Shown here in pieces: positions 26,763 through 40,137 of a stretch of 64,000 nt of DNA; the first letter of the stretch is position 1; the number at the start of each line of letters is the position of its first letter. Under the pieces are notes generated by a model that saw only the letters and a list, made by a program, of their open reading frames with translations, was not told the origin of the DNA and made no database searches. The translations under genes and the position numbers were made by a program. The stretch comes from Lingula anatina. Its lineage: Eukaryota > Animalia > Brachiopoda. The stretch covers positions 13,268,001-13,332,000 of the forward strand of contig CM120640.1 in NCBI GenBank assembly GCA_051362555.1, in the 5' to 3' direction.

Positions 26763-27781
26763 AGACAAATGTAGCGAAGACATTCCATAATTATGTCACT
26801 CACCTTCTTTACACAAACATAAGAACGCTTCGAATCATATGTTTGTATCCGTGTGTCGCGTATTCCTAGACATACATAAGGACTAATGGATATAAACTGA
26901 GAAGCACATGTCGACGGAAGTGACTTTATTCGGACGCATCGGTATATCTGGATGAACTGTCGTAATGAACATTCGCACAGACGACGCAAAATTCCACAGA
27001 CATAACTACTGTGCGTCAACGAGAAGAAAAACAGAAAAAGAAAAAAATCAAAGGCAAGAAAGCAAGTAAATAGAAAGGACGACAAACAGAAATCGGCACG
27101 CGTTTTCAGATGCTGCGCGTTAACGAAGAAGACAGAAAGAAAGAACGAAAAGAAAGACAGGAGAATCGGACAGAAATAACGAAAATAGAGAAATATGTAG
27201 CTAGTGTGAAATCCCACAGCTGCAATACAATATTAGGCCCCATGGCAGCTGACTGGCTTTAATGTAAGTTGCACCTACGTGGCAGTCACAACAGATATCC
27301 ATATTTGAGCTTATTGTGCGTGACATTCCACAAGAAGGATTTGTTTTTGACCCAGTGAAACAGGTGACGTTATCAGAATAAGAAACCGAATGACTAGGAG
27401 CGGATTGCCAAAGAAATCATTGTTTAAGGCCTGAGATATTTCAGCTCTCAAGCTGTGTTGTGATATACCTGCAAGACAATGCTAAATAATGGAGATGTTA
27501 TATAATGAATATCGAGATGACATATAATGCTATGACATTATCTTGCATGATTACAGATAACATTTTGCTTTGATTTATTACTGCTAATAATCAGACTTTA
27601 GCTTTATCTTCATCGTTTGTATAATTGTTTATACTGCTTTCAAGTGAAATTATCATAAACAAACGTAAAGAGCTGAGTGAATGTTTTTTGTCATCCAGTA
27701 GAATTAGAACCAAATGCATGTATATTAATTGAACTTACCTTGGAGAATTCAACGACAAAAAGGTTGTAGTCTCACCTCGGG

Positions 27782-27906
27782 ACCTTTCACTAGGTGATGC
27801 CTGTAAGGACCTCTCGCACATCTGGGACGAGGCACTGGAGACTTTCCTAACCTATACGACATTGAATGAGTGACCAGTCCATTCAGGTGTTCACTTAGTG
27901 AAAGGT
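27782..27906. mobile_element. Small MITE-like inverted repeat downstream of the GPCR CDS
   Basis: acctttcactaggtgatgcctg / caggtgttcacttagtgaaaggt, ~22-bp imperfect TIRs. Confidence 0.55.
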
Positions 27907-28631
27907 GTAATAGTGCTTTATAAATACAAACACCCGGCTACTTTGGACTCTGTCTGAAATCAAGCTATCCTGAAGATTTCCGTAGCATTGCACTTTTAGA
28001 TTTGGCATGTCGTGTGGCAAAGGTCTATCTTAGGCCATTGTACAGTAAAGCACACAAAAGATATTGTATCTATCAGTAAATATCTGTTTTTCAGACAAAT
28101 CTACGTAACGTGAAACGTAATTACCACCATGACAAACTAATTAAGTGATGTTCCATATTGATATTTCTTAGTTATCTGTTGCAGCTGAGCAGATGGCGCA
28201 ATGCTTGTACATGTAATGCCATGTTTGTACGCCTTACGCTGTTTCTCTTTCGTTTCCCCATTGCTGTTTGTAATGTACATGTAAAACTATCTGAATAAAG
28301 TTATAGTTGTATAATTTACGCTATTTCATTGATTCATTGAGGAATCAGGAGTCGTAAAAGGATTCACGTTCAAAACGCCCACTGCCATTAAAACCGCATA
28401 TGTTATTCCCAAGAGTCACACTTTCCCCACTTGAAAAACTTGTGCATAACGTGCTGAGGTATGACGAGTCTCCGTTATACATTGCTTCCTCTTTCTCAAA
28501 AAAAAAAAAAAAAAAAAAAAAAAAAGCGTAGGTGTGCATTCAGCACTGGTGGTGTGGCATTACCCTTTGTCTTAAATGGTAAAAGCTGATTTCAATTGGT
28601 TATTTTAGCCAAATTTCAGTCGGTTAACCTA

Positions 28632-28799
28632 CTATCTCCTATTACGCCGTTGGGCGTCTAGGGCGTCAACAAAGGTCCTCCACTCCTCTCTGTCTCTCGC
28701 TAGGTGTTGAATTGTCCCCCATCTTTCACCCAGCTGTTTCAATTCTGCTATAACTGTCCTCCTCCATGTGGTCTTGGGTCTGCCCCTTTTTCTATGCCC
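28632..28799 (-). mobile_element. 5'-truncated RTE-clade LINE 3' end with a perfect 15-bp target-site duplication
   Basis: Minus strand reads GHRKRGRPKTTWRRTVIAELKQLGERWGTIQHLARDREEWRTFVDALDAQRRNRR*, the typical RTE ORF C-terminus. Flanked by identical cagtcggttaaccta at 28617-28631 and 28800-28814. Confidence 0.9.
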
Positions 28800-29746
28800 C
28801 AGTCGGTTAACCTAGCTTTCATATAATACTGTATTAGAGCCTTGCATAACGCATATATAGTCAAACTGATTTTAGCAAACAATTCTGCATTTAATTAATT
28901 AATTCAAAATGACAATAACATATCAGTTTGTCAATTACTAAAGGAATAATGAGTGTTTTAAAGCAAATCTCTTTCTAACATACCTAAATTCATCTGCAGG
29001 TTATCAAGTCCATTGGCAGTCGCAATAAAAGTTATTTGAAGTTGACACTATATATAAATTACCAACAATAAAACACGCAAAAAATAAAAATCAATATTAC
29101 GAAGAATAATGTTCACTCGATTCAAGTAGGCCCTACCAGGTAAAGAAAGGATGGAAAAGCTTGACACTTCACTTTTTTCCGTACCTTTCAGTCACTCTTT
29201 TACATAGCTATGAAAAGATGGCATAATGATGCGTGACATTTTTTGGAAAAAAAACGTTGCACTAGACTAAGAAATATATTCACATGTACAGAAAGTCGAA
29301 TCATCCACTTTTGTAAAGATAAAAGCAGTGTCGGGAGTTATATTTCTTATATGTTATATATATTTATTTTGTTCCAACGATCTTCTGATAGATAAACCAG
29401 AGTTCACAGATATAATCGGATATTTGGAAGGAAATATTTAATCAAGGAAAGCCTCAGGTATTTCCCCACGCCTGCTGTTGTTGTCCATATCACCACGATA
29501 AGTCCACTTGCAAGCAACACTGACTTTATTTATATCAAATGTCCTCTTTGTGTAAAAGCTTAAGCCTCTGCTGAAGAATGAACAAAATCAAGACAATTAC
29601 TGATATGACATGTCCCAACGTATCAGATCTTGACATAAAGTGACCGTTCAAATCGGTGGGCACACACATAGACGCTTCATTGCTGGGCCCAATGACTTGC
29701 TCATACTAAACAGAAGCAAACACAAAGTTTGGTAACACATAAAATA

Positions 29747-29969
29747 TATAACCGCCGGGTAGTAACATTGTTCTCCGTTGATGGAGAGGAACTTGACAAA
29801 ATTATTCTGGGGCGTCTGGCAAAACATGTTTAATACCTTGGTCAATGTGGTCTGAGATATGGTCGAAGCATGAAAGGTACTGGTATGGTCTTCACATAAA
29901 TGTAAATGGCGTGAACAGCAGGAAGACAGACCTTTTGCAGTGTTTGTTGCACTAACCAAATAATCTTTC
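29747..29969 (+). mobile_element. Old degenerate RTE-like LINE reverse transcriptase fragment
   Basis: Reads NRRVVTLFSVDGEELDKIILGRLAKH*..QCGLRYGRS..MVFT*/KWREQQ..FAVFVALTK*SF, paralleling RT motifs NYRGISLLS..GK..RL, QCGFR.GR and EKCREQ..F.DL.KAFD, with stops and a frameshift. Confidence 0.7.
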
Positions 29970-31172
29970 TTCTGTTCTGGTTTCTTTAGCCTTGTTGGTT
30001 GTGGCTAATAAAGTCTTATTCATAAAAAACGGAAACCTCAATCTGACGAACATCAGTTTTCTTTATGGACACAATACATAAACCAGAAGCTGTTGAGGGA
30101 ATATGAGGAATGAAAATACCAAGGCATGGCTCCTATTACATGTGACCTGGAAAAAGCGAAAATACCTATAGTAAAGATAATTGTCTTTTGAAAACGTATT
30201 GAGGGGGATGCGCATGTATGCCGCTAGAGTCGGCAATAATTAGGCAGGGGACGCATATGTATGCTTCTGGACGGGACAGATTTCGAAGGCTTGCCATTAA
30301 CATGTATTCAAAGTATTTGTACCGCCTGTGATACTGATGTGGGCGCTGACTGAATAAAAAAGAAGACTGCAAATTTTTTACTCAACACATACATCTTGAA
30401 GTCGGATTTTCCGTCACTAATGAATATTGCTGGTGGGGAAAATCTCCTTATGCTGGCAAGGGAATTCATTGTTCATTCACGCAAGTTTACAGTCGATGAA
30501 GCTATCCAATCAGTGATGGAGCTTTGAGACAAATATGTTTGCCCCATATGTCTTTGAGTTTCTCTTGATAACTAGTGGCATCAAATTTTTCTAAATTTTA
30601 TTCAGATTTTTACGAGTCTTTCGGCTTCCGCCTCTAAGGTACATGTACATGGTCTAACCAAAAATATAACCCATGCTACAAACATTCAACATCGAGCATA
30701 AAAATCAAAGTGTCTCTACATGCAGGTACGAAACACAAAGTTAACAACCGGTAATATAAAATGAGGAGAGGGACAAAAGCAAACAAGTAGCTAGCTAAAA
30801 TAATCTAAAGATCTTTTGTCTTATAATGTAGCCAGTGTATCTTTCTTAACATCCTGCTTTTGCGACTTTGCAGTTTGTGTACTTCTTAGGAAATGAAAAA
30901 AGGGACAAATGACAGCAAACAATTGAGTATGAAATATAATATCTCCAAGATGTGACTCCCATTGATTTTTGCCTTTAATTACTTATCAAGAATCCAGTTC
31001 CATTGCTCGAGGCGACTCCTAACACGCTGCTAATGTAATTTTGCAACGCTGACAAACAATTACTGGTAGTCTATATATCTGCCAATAATGGTATGGAGGA
31101 AAGTTGTCCCAATGCGAAGGTAAGACTATTCCTTATTATTAAGTCACTGACACAGGGATTTTGTCTCTTTAT

Positions 31173-34100
31173 CTAGGCAGCAAATGCCATGTCGAAGGCC
31201 TCGTTATCTTGGCCTTCTTTAACAACGGTTACTGGGACCAGGGGGTGCTTGGTCTTACTCAGGTACTCCTAAGATAACAAGAAATTCAATAACATTAACA
31301 TCAATACGAAATTGATTTGGCAATGTGTAGAGTTGAAACAAATCACCAATACAGTTATAAATGGATATTGACCTTAGAGATTGAAATGGTACTTAAGGTT
31401 AGTTTGTAAACAGAATAATTAAATGTAAGTGCCTAGAGCTTTCTATAATATATAAGTGACAGCACAAGGCTCATTTTCAATAAAAATATCGATCTATGTA
31501 GATCGATCCAACTCCTCGGGAACTCTCACTGAATGCAATCAGTTTAACAGCTTAACACACCTCCTCTTGTTTTCAACGAGCTGGTATAATCACCAGCTTT
31601 TCTGTCTTCTATTCAACGCCAGGAGGAGACGTGTCAATCTTTTAATCTGATTGCATTCAGTGAGAGTCCCCGGGGACTTGGATCGATCTACATAGAACGA
31701 TATTTTTCATTGGGAATGAGCCCTTGGAGTCCAAAGCTAAACTGCTCTTTTACCTATTGTCCTAACAATAATTAGAATGTTTAAACTTACATGAGCCATC
31801 ACCATGCCTTTCGCTTTTTCTTTTTTAGAAGCATATGTGCCGACCCACACGAAACAGGTCTTTCCATTGTCCACGATGAAAACATCCTATAAAAATATGA
31901 CGACAAACGAAGTTAAAAAAGAGCTACGGAAAGTGTATTTGATTGCGCGGGAACACACAAACACAAACACACACACACACACACGAAAGAGGTATATGAT
32001 AAATTCTTCATGGCAGCAACGCGTAAGAATTAAACAGAAACAGATACGCCTCAAAGTACTAACATTCCTTTATTGACGGTCAGGCTTCGCGAATGAAAGA
32101 AGTAAAATTCTAAAATATAAAAATGTGTGCATACTGGCGGAAAGAAAAACTTAAATACATAGGTGAGGCAACATCTATAAATTTCAATGTTACAAAAAGC
32201 TATATTTTAAAACCAATTTATCAGAAAAAACAAGTGTGGCAATTCTTACAGCAGGATCCAAGCGATCTTTTTTCACATCAGCGCCGGTGGCTTCAAGTTT
32301 GGTCTCCAGAGAGCCGTGTGCGTCTGTCAGACTTGAAAACAAAATTTGCAATTTTCATTTTTTTTCTACTTTAAATGTCATTTTCTTCTCGTTACGAACG
32401 ACATTTTTCAGTCGAGTGACTCACTGTACAAAAAGGCCATCTAAAGAAATTTGCTTCAGATGAAAAAGCAAAGTAGTAACCATCATTCCATTCGACCGCC
32501 AGGATGCTAAATGCATAACATTTATGTCCCATTTCAACTGATATAAAACCCCTTTTTATTAGTATATATGTCACTCTTTGGTGTTTCTTTAATTGACAAG
32601 GACATCTTTTTATTATGTGCATCTTGGGACTAAAAAAGACTAAATTGCTGTACACTTGGAAGTTTTGGACTTAGTCTGTTACCTTGATTTTTTTTAGTTT
32701 GCAAGTCTCAAAATGCACACAATACTTCAGTAGGATATGAATTTTGTACTTATTTTGACATTCTTAAAAATATAACAACAAACCGGAAAAGCTGTCTGTC
32801 GATTTCAACGTCCTCGAAATCATCCTCGTCCTCATCTGGCTCATCGTCTTTCAGGGCGTCATAGAAGTCGGACTGTAAGGAGAAACAAGGTTCATGTATG
32901 AGCAAAACCGTACAATAAATTGTAAAGTTCTTTTCTTTTGTTTAAAATGTCCAATAAAAGTTAGCTCACACGTGCGATAGAGAGCGAGCAATTCTAATGT
33001 ATTTTTTGCAGCCGACTGCCGTTTTGGTTTGGTAATTGATATGTACATTGGTTTCGAATGCCCTATGCAATGAATTTACTATTCCACAATAACCTCTGCA
33101 AGTCAAAAATATGTAGAAATTGTGCCTTCATCTGGATGGTTTCAAGGGGACAGGTTAAACTATGAAATGCAGTCTGATGCACAGTCAGACGTCTGGCATT
33201 GTGATTTTTCTGGATCAGCGTGGAGGGAAGTGAAACATGGGAAACTTTCAAGGTCATAACAAACTTTTAAGCCTACTTATTTACGTGTTGAAGCTACAGG
33301 AGAAGCACTTAAACCTACATGCACTTAGTATACTGATACCCCAGGCTTCCAACCAATTTACGTCACGAGAAAAAAACAATGGTGCTACATGTATATGCGG
33401 TTTAGTCATAATTCCTGTAAACATGGTGCTCTTATTCTATCAGCAAGATTTAATGGCACTGTAAAAGTGTACGTGGGAAGTGGCAAAGTGACAAATGGCT
33501 GGCGTTACCATGTTCATTACTTGCGAGGTCACGACATGCTTGGGAAACGTCAACTAAGACACAATAATGAGGCGTGGGCTAACTGTCTGTACAAGCCTTT
33601 GTTAACTATACTCTACGCTCCACAGTTACAAAAAGAAACAAAACCGAAGAAATGAAATATCGTGTAAAACTCAAATTTCCTTTTCGAAGACGGCGTGTAG
33701 CTCGCAGCGTTTGGCTCGGGAGTATTATAACAAATAAATATCACACCGGAACTTACGGACGTGGAAAATTCCTCCAGAACGTCAGCTTTCGCACGACCAC
33801 CGCGCTCACTTTCTAGCTGCTGGCAAAGGGCCATTGCCTAATAATGGTAATGAAATATTGTAATATTCAACAAATCAATAAAAGAGCTGTCCAGAAGGTG
33901 CGCTTATTTCTGTAGAAAGGTCGACCTTGTTTGTCGTTTGTTACATTTGTTCAAGGTACTGCGCTACCTATGGATATGGATCATTATTGCCAATGACATA
34001 TAAATCGCAATATAATCTTTCACTAATACTTCAACTCCGATATTTTGCCTGGTGTGAACATTTTATACAATAAATATATAATAGAGCATATAAAATTACA

Positions 34101-37100
34101 TTCAATAAATGTATTTTATTGTTTGTAACCACACTTAGGCATACACACTCAGGCGCACAATAATACTCAAAATACTCAAAACGTACTTTCGTCTTGTCAA
34201 ACCATAAAATAAAATGTGTACTTTGCTAGCTCTCGCCCTCTCTTACTAATGACATGCGTTATTTTGGGTTAGGGTATCAATTTACACCCGTCACCATTCC
34301 CATTTCTACTTTAAAATGGTACATATACTGTATGAGATATGTACATATATGAAAGACCTGCATCATTGTTTCAGTTGACCTCTGCTTGATAAAACAATGT
34401 TCAACTGACACACTTTCATGAACAATAATATAAGTATGGGCTGCCACATAACACATAGGCTAAAAATATACACCAAAGTTAGGAAGTGAATGTGATTGAT
34501 TCAAATGGTTAAAGATAAGTTCATAAAACAACTTTCTAGTTTTAAAAATACAAAATAAAGCAAGATGTTTTAGCAAGAACGTAAGGGAACTAGCAAAATA
34601 TCCTTTCATTTTAAATGTAATTGCATTCTGATTCCAAATTTATGAACAGTTAGGTGTGACTTCTAATGCTTGAAAGCACTTACTTCTTTAGTCTTATTTA
34701 TTTTATTAAAATTTTCCATGGGATTACGTGTGACCATGTAAAAAATATCTCTTTGCTGTGAAGATAAGAGTTACTGAACATCTTAACTGAGCATCGGTAA
34801 AAAAAGAGGAGAGAGAGAGCGAGCGAAGAGCTTCCTATTGTCCGGATAGTTGTACACAGTGACTAATACTACCTTGAACCTCTCGTCCTTGTTAGAATCG
34901 GTGCCGTTCCACTGGTAGATCTTGAGTCCCAGATCCAAAATGAAGACATCGCCAGAGTTTAGCGACTTCCTCTTCAGTGGGACCTATTTAATATGTGATA
35001 AAAATATTAAATAATACTTTCCTTACTGAGAGATAATCATCATCAATTTAAAAGTTGAAGACTTACGCTACCTTCTAGAATGCATCCTTCCTCAGTTTTG
35101 TGATAATAATAATAATAATAATAATTTATTGTCATATTTATACAAGTATAAAATGAAAATTGGTAGGATCTGTCGATAAAATGTAATACAATGGAATTAT
35201 TAAAATACATTTTGTTCATTAAAAATACGTACTGCTGATGGATAAAAACTATTTTTAGTGCGCGTAGATGCACAAACAGGCTTAGAACGTATGAGAACAA
35301 CGGTATATTACCTTATTCCAATACGGTTGCGACACTGCACAAGATTTATCAAAATTACTTTGTCGAGTGTCTCTATTTTGCTGCTTACCTCTCTCACTTC
35401 AACTACTCTCTTCGAGCCCTGGAAGTGCAACAGACGCGGTCGGTACTGCTCTGGGGTCACGTGCCTGAATCCGGTGTCAGATCCCCCTTCCATGATACTG
35501 AATTGAAAGCAACGGAACGTCATATATCCAGTAATACATGAAGATGTTCCTTTTTTTAGAGTTACTGAATCAAATTTATACACTTGTGGAATATTTCTTT
35601 AAAAACAACAATACTGCATTTTGAAATCTATTGAAACGTTACTCCCCCCTGTGATTTTGCCTTTTTCAATTCCCTCTCTTCACATTACAAATTAAGTAAA
35701 ATTATGATGTTGTGTCTTCTTTGCTCTTTGTAACTTTTGTTTTTTTTTTCTGTTTCAATTCTTTGCTTTGTCAATAAATGAAAAAAAAAAAGAATTTAAA
35801 AATTGCTTCCCCTGCAAGCATTTCACTTACACAATCTGCTGAAAGTAAGACTTGAATAAATCAGATTCCCAGCCCTGCACTTCTCTATGCTGCACTGGTC
35901 CATCGTCCAACAGGGTGTCCAGTTCCACAGTCTTGTAGGCCGCAGTGCCGTACTCATCCTAAAGAAAAACAATTACTACATGTTTTGCCACTGTGCAGGT
36001 ACTTCGCATGAAAAGAAACGTCTCTTGTGTAAAAAAAACGAAAAAAAGGAGAGGGAATGTTAATTACCATTAAAACGCTGGGACAACAAATTGAGGAGAT
36101 CAATATTAATTGTCGTTCCGCTAACAAATTACTTCCTTCTGAAATGGCAATATCTTAGGTGATAATAATCGCATATTCTTGGAAGCACACGCTTCATGAA
36201 CTCCCTGGAGATTTGTAAAGCCCTCGCACTGCTCGACTGGTATTGCACTATAAGAAGAAAGTTACGCAGAGAAGAGGAAAAAAACATTCTGGGAGCTTAC
36301 GAATCAAAGAAATTGGATTATATTATCAGCTTGTACGGCCGACCAACAGGCTGACCAACAACGAGTGAAGATTAACACATTCACTTGTCCATTTTATAAT
36401 AAACCATAAGATAAAACTCAATTCTGTTAATATTCGGCTTGATAAGATTAGTAGAAAAGAACATATATGACTAATCGACTTTCTTTTCTATATTTTGGTA
36501 CGCTGTAACTAGAAACTTACCTGTGTGCTGTATTTACCTATCCAGAAGTGCACGTCCCACTTCAATTCCTCGGAACCCTCCTTCTTGTATGTCTGATCGC
36601 ACAGAAAGGGAAAAATAAAGATCAAGTGACTACAACAGATACTTTATCTTCCATTTGCACGAGAAAATAACCCTTTATTTAAATGATTAGGTACGCAGCT
36701 GCAGTAAATGAGCCTAGCCGGACCAAGAAAGCATATAGGCCATTATTTTCGTACCGTGACCACTAAAATCTATGGAGTTTCCTTCTCATGGGGAAAATTT
36801 GCGGGCTGGTGAATCAGGATGCGCATCCGTTATCTTACAAAGCCGTACACACCTGAACTGCGTTCTGACTTTTGTTTGGGGGAATTTCGTATGAGGTTTG
36901 GTAGCTTTTGTCCTTATTTTGGCCTCTATTCCCTGCAAATTGTTGATTTATAATTTTTTTAATTCATTTATATCTAAATTCAAGGTAGGAGAAAATGACA
37001 GCACTATGCGTGATACGCTTACGTTCAATACGATGTAAGAGTCACCACTATAGAATTTTCCATAATCTTCCTTGGGCCAGTGGGTGACCTTGAATTTCTG

Positions 37101-40100
37101 AAAATAAATGAAAAGCGAGAGCTATCAGTGTACTCTACCAATACCGCTTTTTCGGATGGAAAATGGAAAAACGGGATGCAAACGTTTCGCTGGCAACACA
37201 TTATTGGGTACATTTACATTTCATGGAGATCAACTGTACATTTTTTAATGTTTCTGACTTAATGAGACTAATCATTTCTCTGGTAATCAGGTTGATATTG
37301 CTTTAAAATAATTAGTTTTCAAAGACTGGGTTAACAATAGGAACACTGTGCAAGATTTTCCTGACACTGACTGTTAACGATTGGGGGAAATGTTCAGATT
37401 TTGCCTACATAGGAGTGCAATAGACAGACGAAAAACAGCTCTCGTTTGGATGCTAAATTATGAGTTTATAGACATGTGTCTGAGCATATTCGAAACTAAA
37501 TGTAAAAAACAGAGTTTTTTTAATATTATAATTTGCATCCACCAGCTATCAGTTCAAGCAGGCACCCTTCGAATAAATCCGTGCCATCTTATCTGGACGT
37601 ATGGTAGCCAAGAGTGCCCATGATATCATTTTATCGCGACAAAACACATGACATTAGTTGGCGGGCTGTACGCTATCAACATCTTCACTTTAGTGTATTT
37701 GCAGGGATCCCCTTGTGTTTATCAAACAAAGTAGAAGGGCATTCATATAATTTATTGTAGGACTGAGTCAAAGAGGCAGGGTTTTACAGCGGATTCTACT
37801 TACCACAATACGCCAGATCTGCAGACCAACTTCTTGCCCGGCCCCTTTCCACGCAGGCTCAGTCTCGGCCGAGGCCTCTGAATTGAAAATTATACAAATT
37901 AATTCGGTTTGGTCCACCCATCTCGTTACAAATTGTTTTCATTTCGCTGTGATATTTTTTTCTGTTACTGACTATGTTTGGAATGTGTAAAGACGACCTC
38001 GTGTGCGTGTGCGTGCTTGTCGCGCGTTTCATGGGAGCACGAGCATCTTGAGCTCTACGGGATGTTATTGCAGGGGCCGGGTAAGTACCGGGAGATATTA
38101 CAAGAGTGATATATCAGTCACAGTATGATTTTCCTAAAAACTCCTGGGAAGAGGCTCCAACGAGTGTAACAGCTTCCTATATCGTCTTCATATAGGGGTC
38201 TTCTTTTGCACTGACAAAAACAGCTATTCGTTTACAATGAACACATTTTAGTAGGTATCGGTAAAGGAAATCATCTCAGCCTGCCAAGGAGAAGGTTCAC
38301 TTCACTCGTTTTTTTCTCATTCTGTCTGGAAGTAGGGCCGAATGCTGTTTCTGAGAGCCTACCTGGAAATTGCAGTTGCACTTGGCTATCTCAGAACTTA
38401 GTATATATGGATTTAGACTCGGGGTGCATACATATGTCGTAATTCATAAAATGACATATAGTATCACTATTCATAAGATTGCAATGCACGCACACGGGGT
38501 CAAGGTTTCTATATAATATGGGGTTAAAATAGATCATACCGGATCGTCAGCCGTTCGATCAGTGTTTAAGCACAATCTTGCACGTTTATAAACATCCTTG
38601 TGGCCTGTAAATTGTGCTTTTTTCCCCAACAACAAACGAGCATCATATTCGCTAGGCACGTAGTAAACATCACTGTGCTCTCTACCAGACCATGAGCGAA
38701 AATCGGCATTATACGAAGCATCACACACAGAAGTCTGACGTTTTAGACCGCTTCCTAAACAAGTCAAAGTCTGTGGGAAACTTCTGTCATTAACAACAAA
38801 ATATCAGTGCCAAAGGTGAGCATCAGGCATGATGGTCATTCTTATATAATCCATTAAGTAAGTTTCGAAAGGTCAGGTATTCCTTAATAATTAACAAATG
38901 CAACTTACCCCCTTAAACCTCCACTGGTAGAGGGCTATACGTAATAAACAGGATGTTTAAATTTGCAACACCTGTAGGAAAGATAATTTCCCAACATTTC
39001 CATTCACAATCCATATTTAACACTGATAAAACCCCCATGCATTTTGGACCGATAAAGCCCTTCTTTCATGTGTGTTGCCAGAGAGGCTCAAACCTAGTCG
39101 AGACCCATGTGCAGAGGGCTGGTATGAAATATGGAACGGATTAAGTGTAGGCTTAACAGAGAAACGCTGAAGCCCAGCGGAAAGGTAACCATCTGCCAAG
39201 CTTCATAAACGCAGCACGAGCTACGAGATTTATCAGATAGGGCTTTACAGCGGGCCTTTACCGACAACATTGACTAATATTTCAGTTATACATGGCACTG
39301 CCAGAGACAGCAAGCAAATCATGATTGGCCAATAAACCCTATTTCAGATTATAATATTTTTACGAAACTCCCGATTTCTTAATTAGCAAAACTTCGCTGT
39401 AACGCTATCCTCATCTCTGTCTTAGTCAGGAAATAATTCCCTGCTCCCATTATGATCTAGACTTCATCAAGAGTGCACTTAAAACTAATACACAAGTAAA
39501 TTAGGAGCGAGAATGAAATGGCTGAACGAAAAACAATCATGAAAATCCCGTGTGCAAGGATGACCACCGTAGTTGGAATGTTATACATATATAGGTTTAC
39601 ACGGCTGGAAATAACGGGTATTAATGTGTTAATACATGTATAATAACAAATTCCGGATATAGCTAGAATCAGACTGGGCAGAATATGGAAATATTAAAAT
39701 GGACTTAATGGGGAAAAGTCAACCACACTTACTCTTTACATCCCTCTCAAGTTTGCTGCCAAAGAGGGCCAAGTTGGAATCCTTCCAGTTATACTTCTTT
39801 GCTTTGACTAAGCCTACAATACAGAGCAGAGGAAAGATTGTGAACAAGACAGCGAGGTCATGAAGTGTTCACATCCGACGTGTTGTATAATGGGGGGCGT
39901 ATTGCCCGTCTCATCAGTTTTAAACAAGAATCAAAATTGCAATTCCTACATTTCAGATAATTTTTTTAAAAAACCTGTATATAATATGGGAGCTAAAAAG
40001 TTAACGCATTACTTAAAACTCACGTGTTACTGTCTCTATTTGTCAATGTTCTTTTTTGACAAACGATACGCTCTTGCATTTAAAACATCTACATTATGTA

Positions 40101-40137
40101 TCATAATATGCTGAAAACATTTCAACTCACCTGCCAT
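31173..40137 (-). CDS. Gelsolin-like protein (three-domain severin/fragmin type), paralogue A, ~366 aa
   Basis: 13 GT-AG coding exons with consistent phase: 40137-40131, 39813-39733, 37877-37804, 37097-37023, 36592-36521, 35958-35831, 35497-35389, 34983-34873, 33837-33757, 32872-32784, 32331-32250, 31886-31791, 31268-31173 (1101 nt including stop). Translation [22 protein letters not shown]...GLQIWRIV...[10 protein letters not shown]...[26 protein letters not shown]...VQHREVQG...[13 protein letters not shown]...DVFIVDNG...FDMAFAA carries the gelsolin G1-G3 motifs. Confidence 0.93.
31465..31726. mobile_element. Foldback MITE in the last intron of gelsolin A
   Basis: ~100-bp arms: ggctcatt...atcgatctatgtagatcgatccaactcctcgggaactctcactgaatgcaatcag / ctgattgcattcagtgagagtccccggggacttggatcgatctacatag...aatgagcc. 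Confidence 0.85.
33908..33967 (-). pseudogene. Dead alternative exon in gelsolin A (homologue of the exon used by gelsolin B, 46428-46514)
   Basis: After a catag acceptor it reads [19 protein letters not shown], against [29 protein letters not shown] in B. It has an in-frame TAA, is 27 nt shorter, and its donor is mutated to ATAAG. It lies 70 nt upstream (transcript orientation) of the exon A uses. Confidence 0.75.

Noticed and set aside
26247-27217. Antisense ORFs over the GPCR and its 3' flank (93, 67 and 169 aa)
   Set aside because: Shadow ORFs; the F/L-rich 169-aa ORF derives from low-complexity purine-rich UTR sequence.
32922-32940. gtaaagttcttt, matching the end of gelsolin B's linker exon (KELY), inside a gelsolin A intron
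   Set aside because: Only a 12-nt AT-rich match with no further alignment or splice sites.
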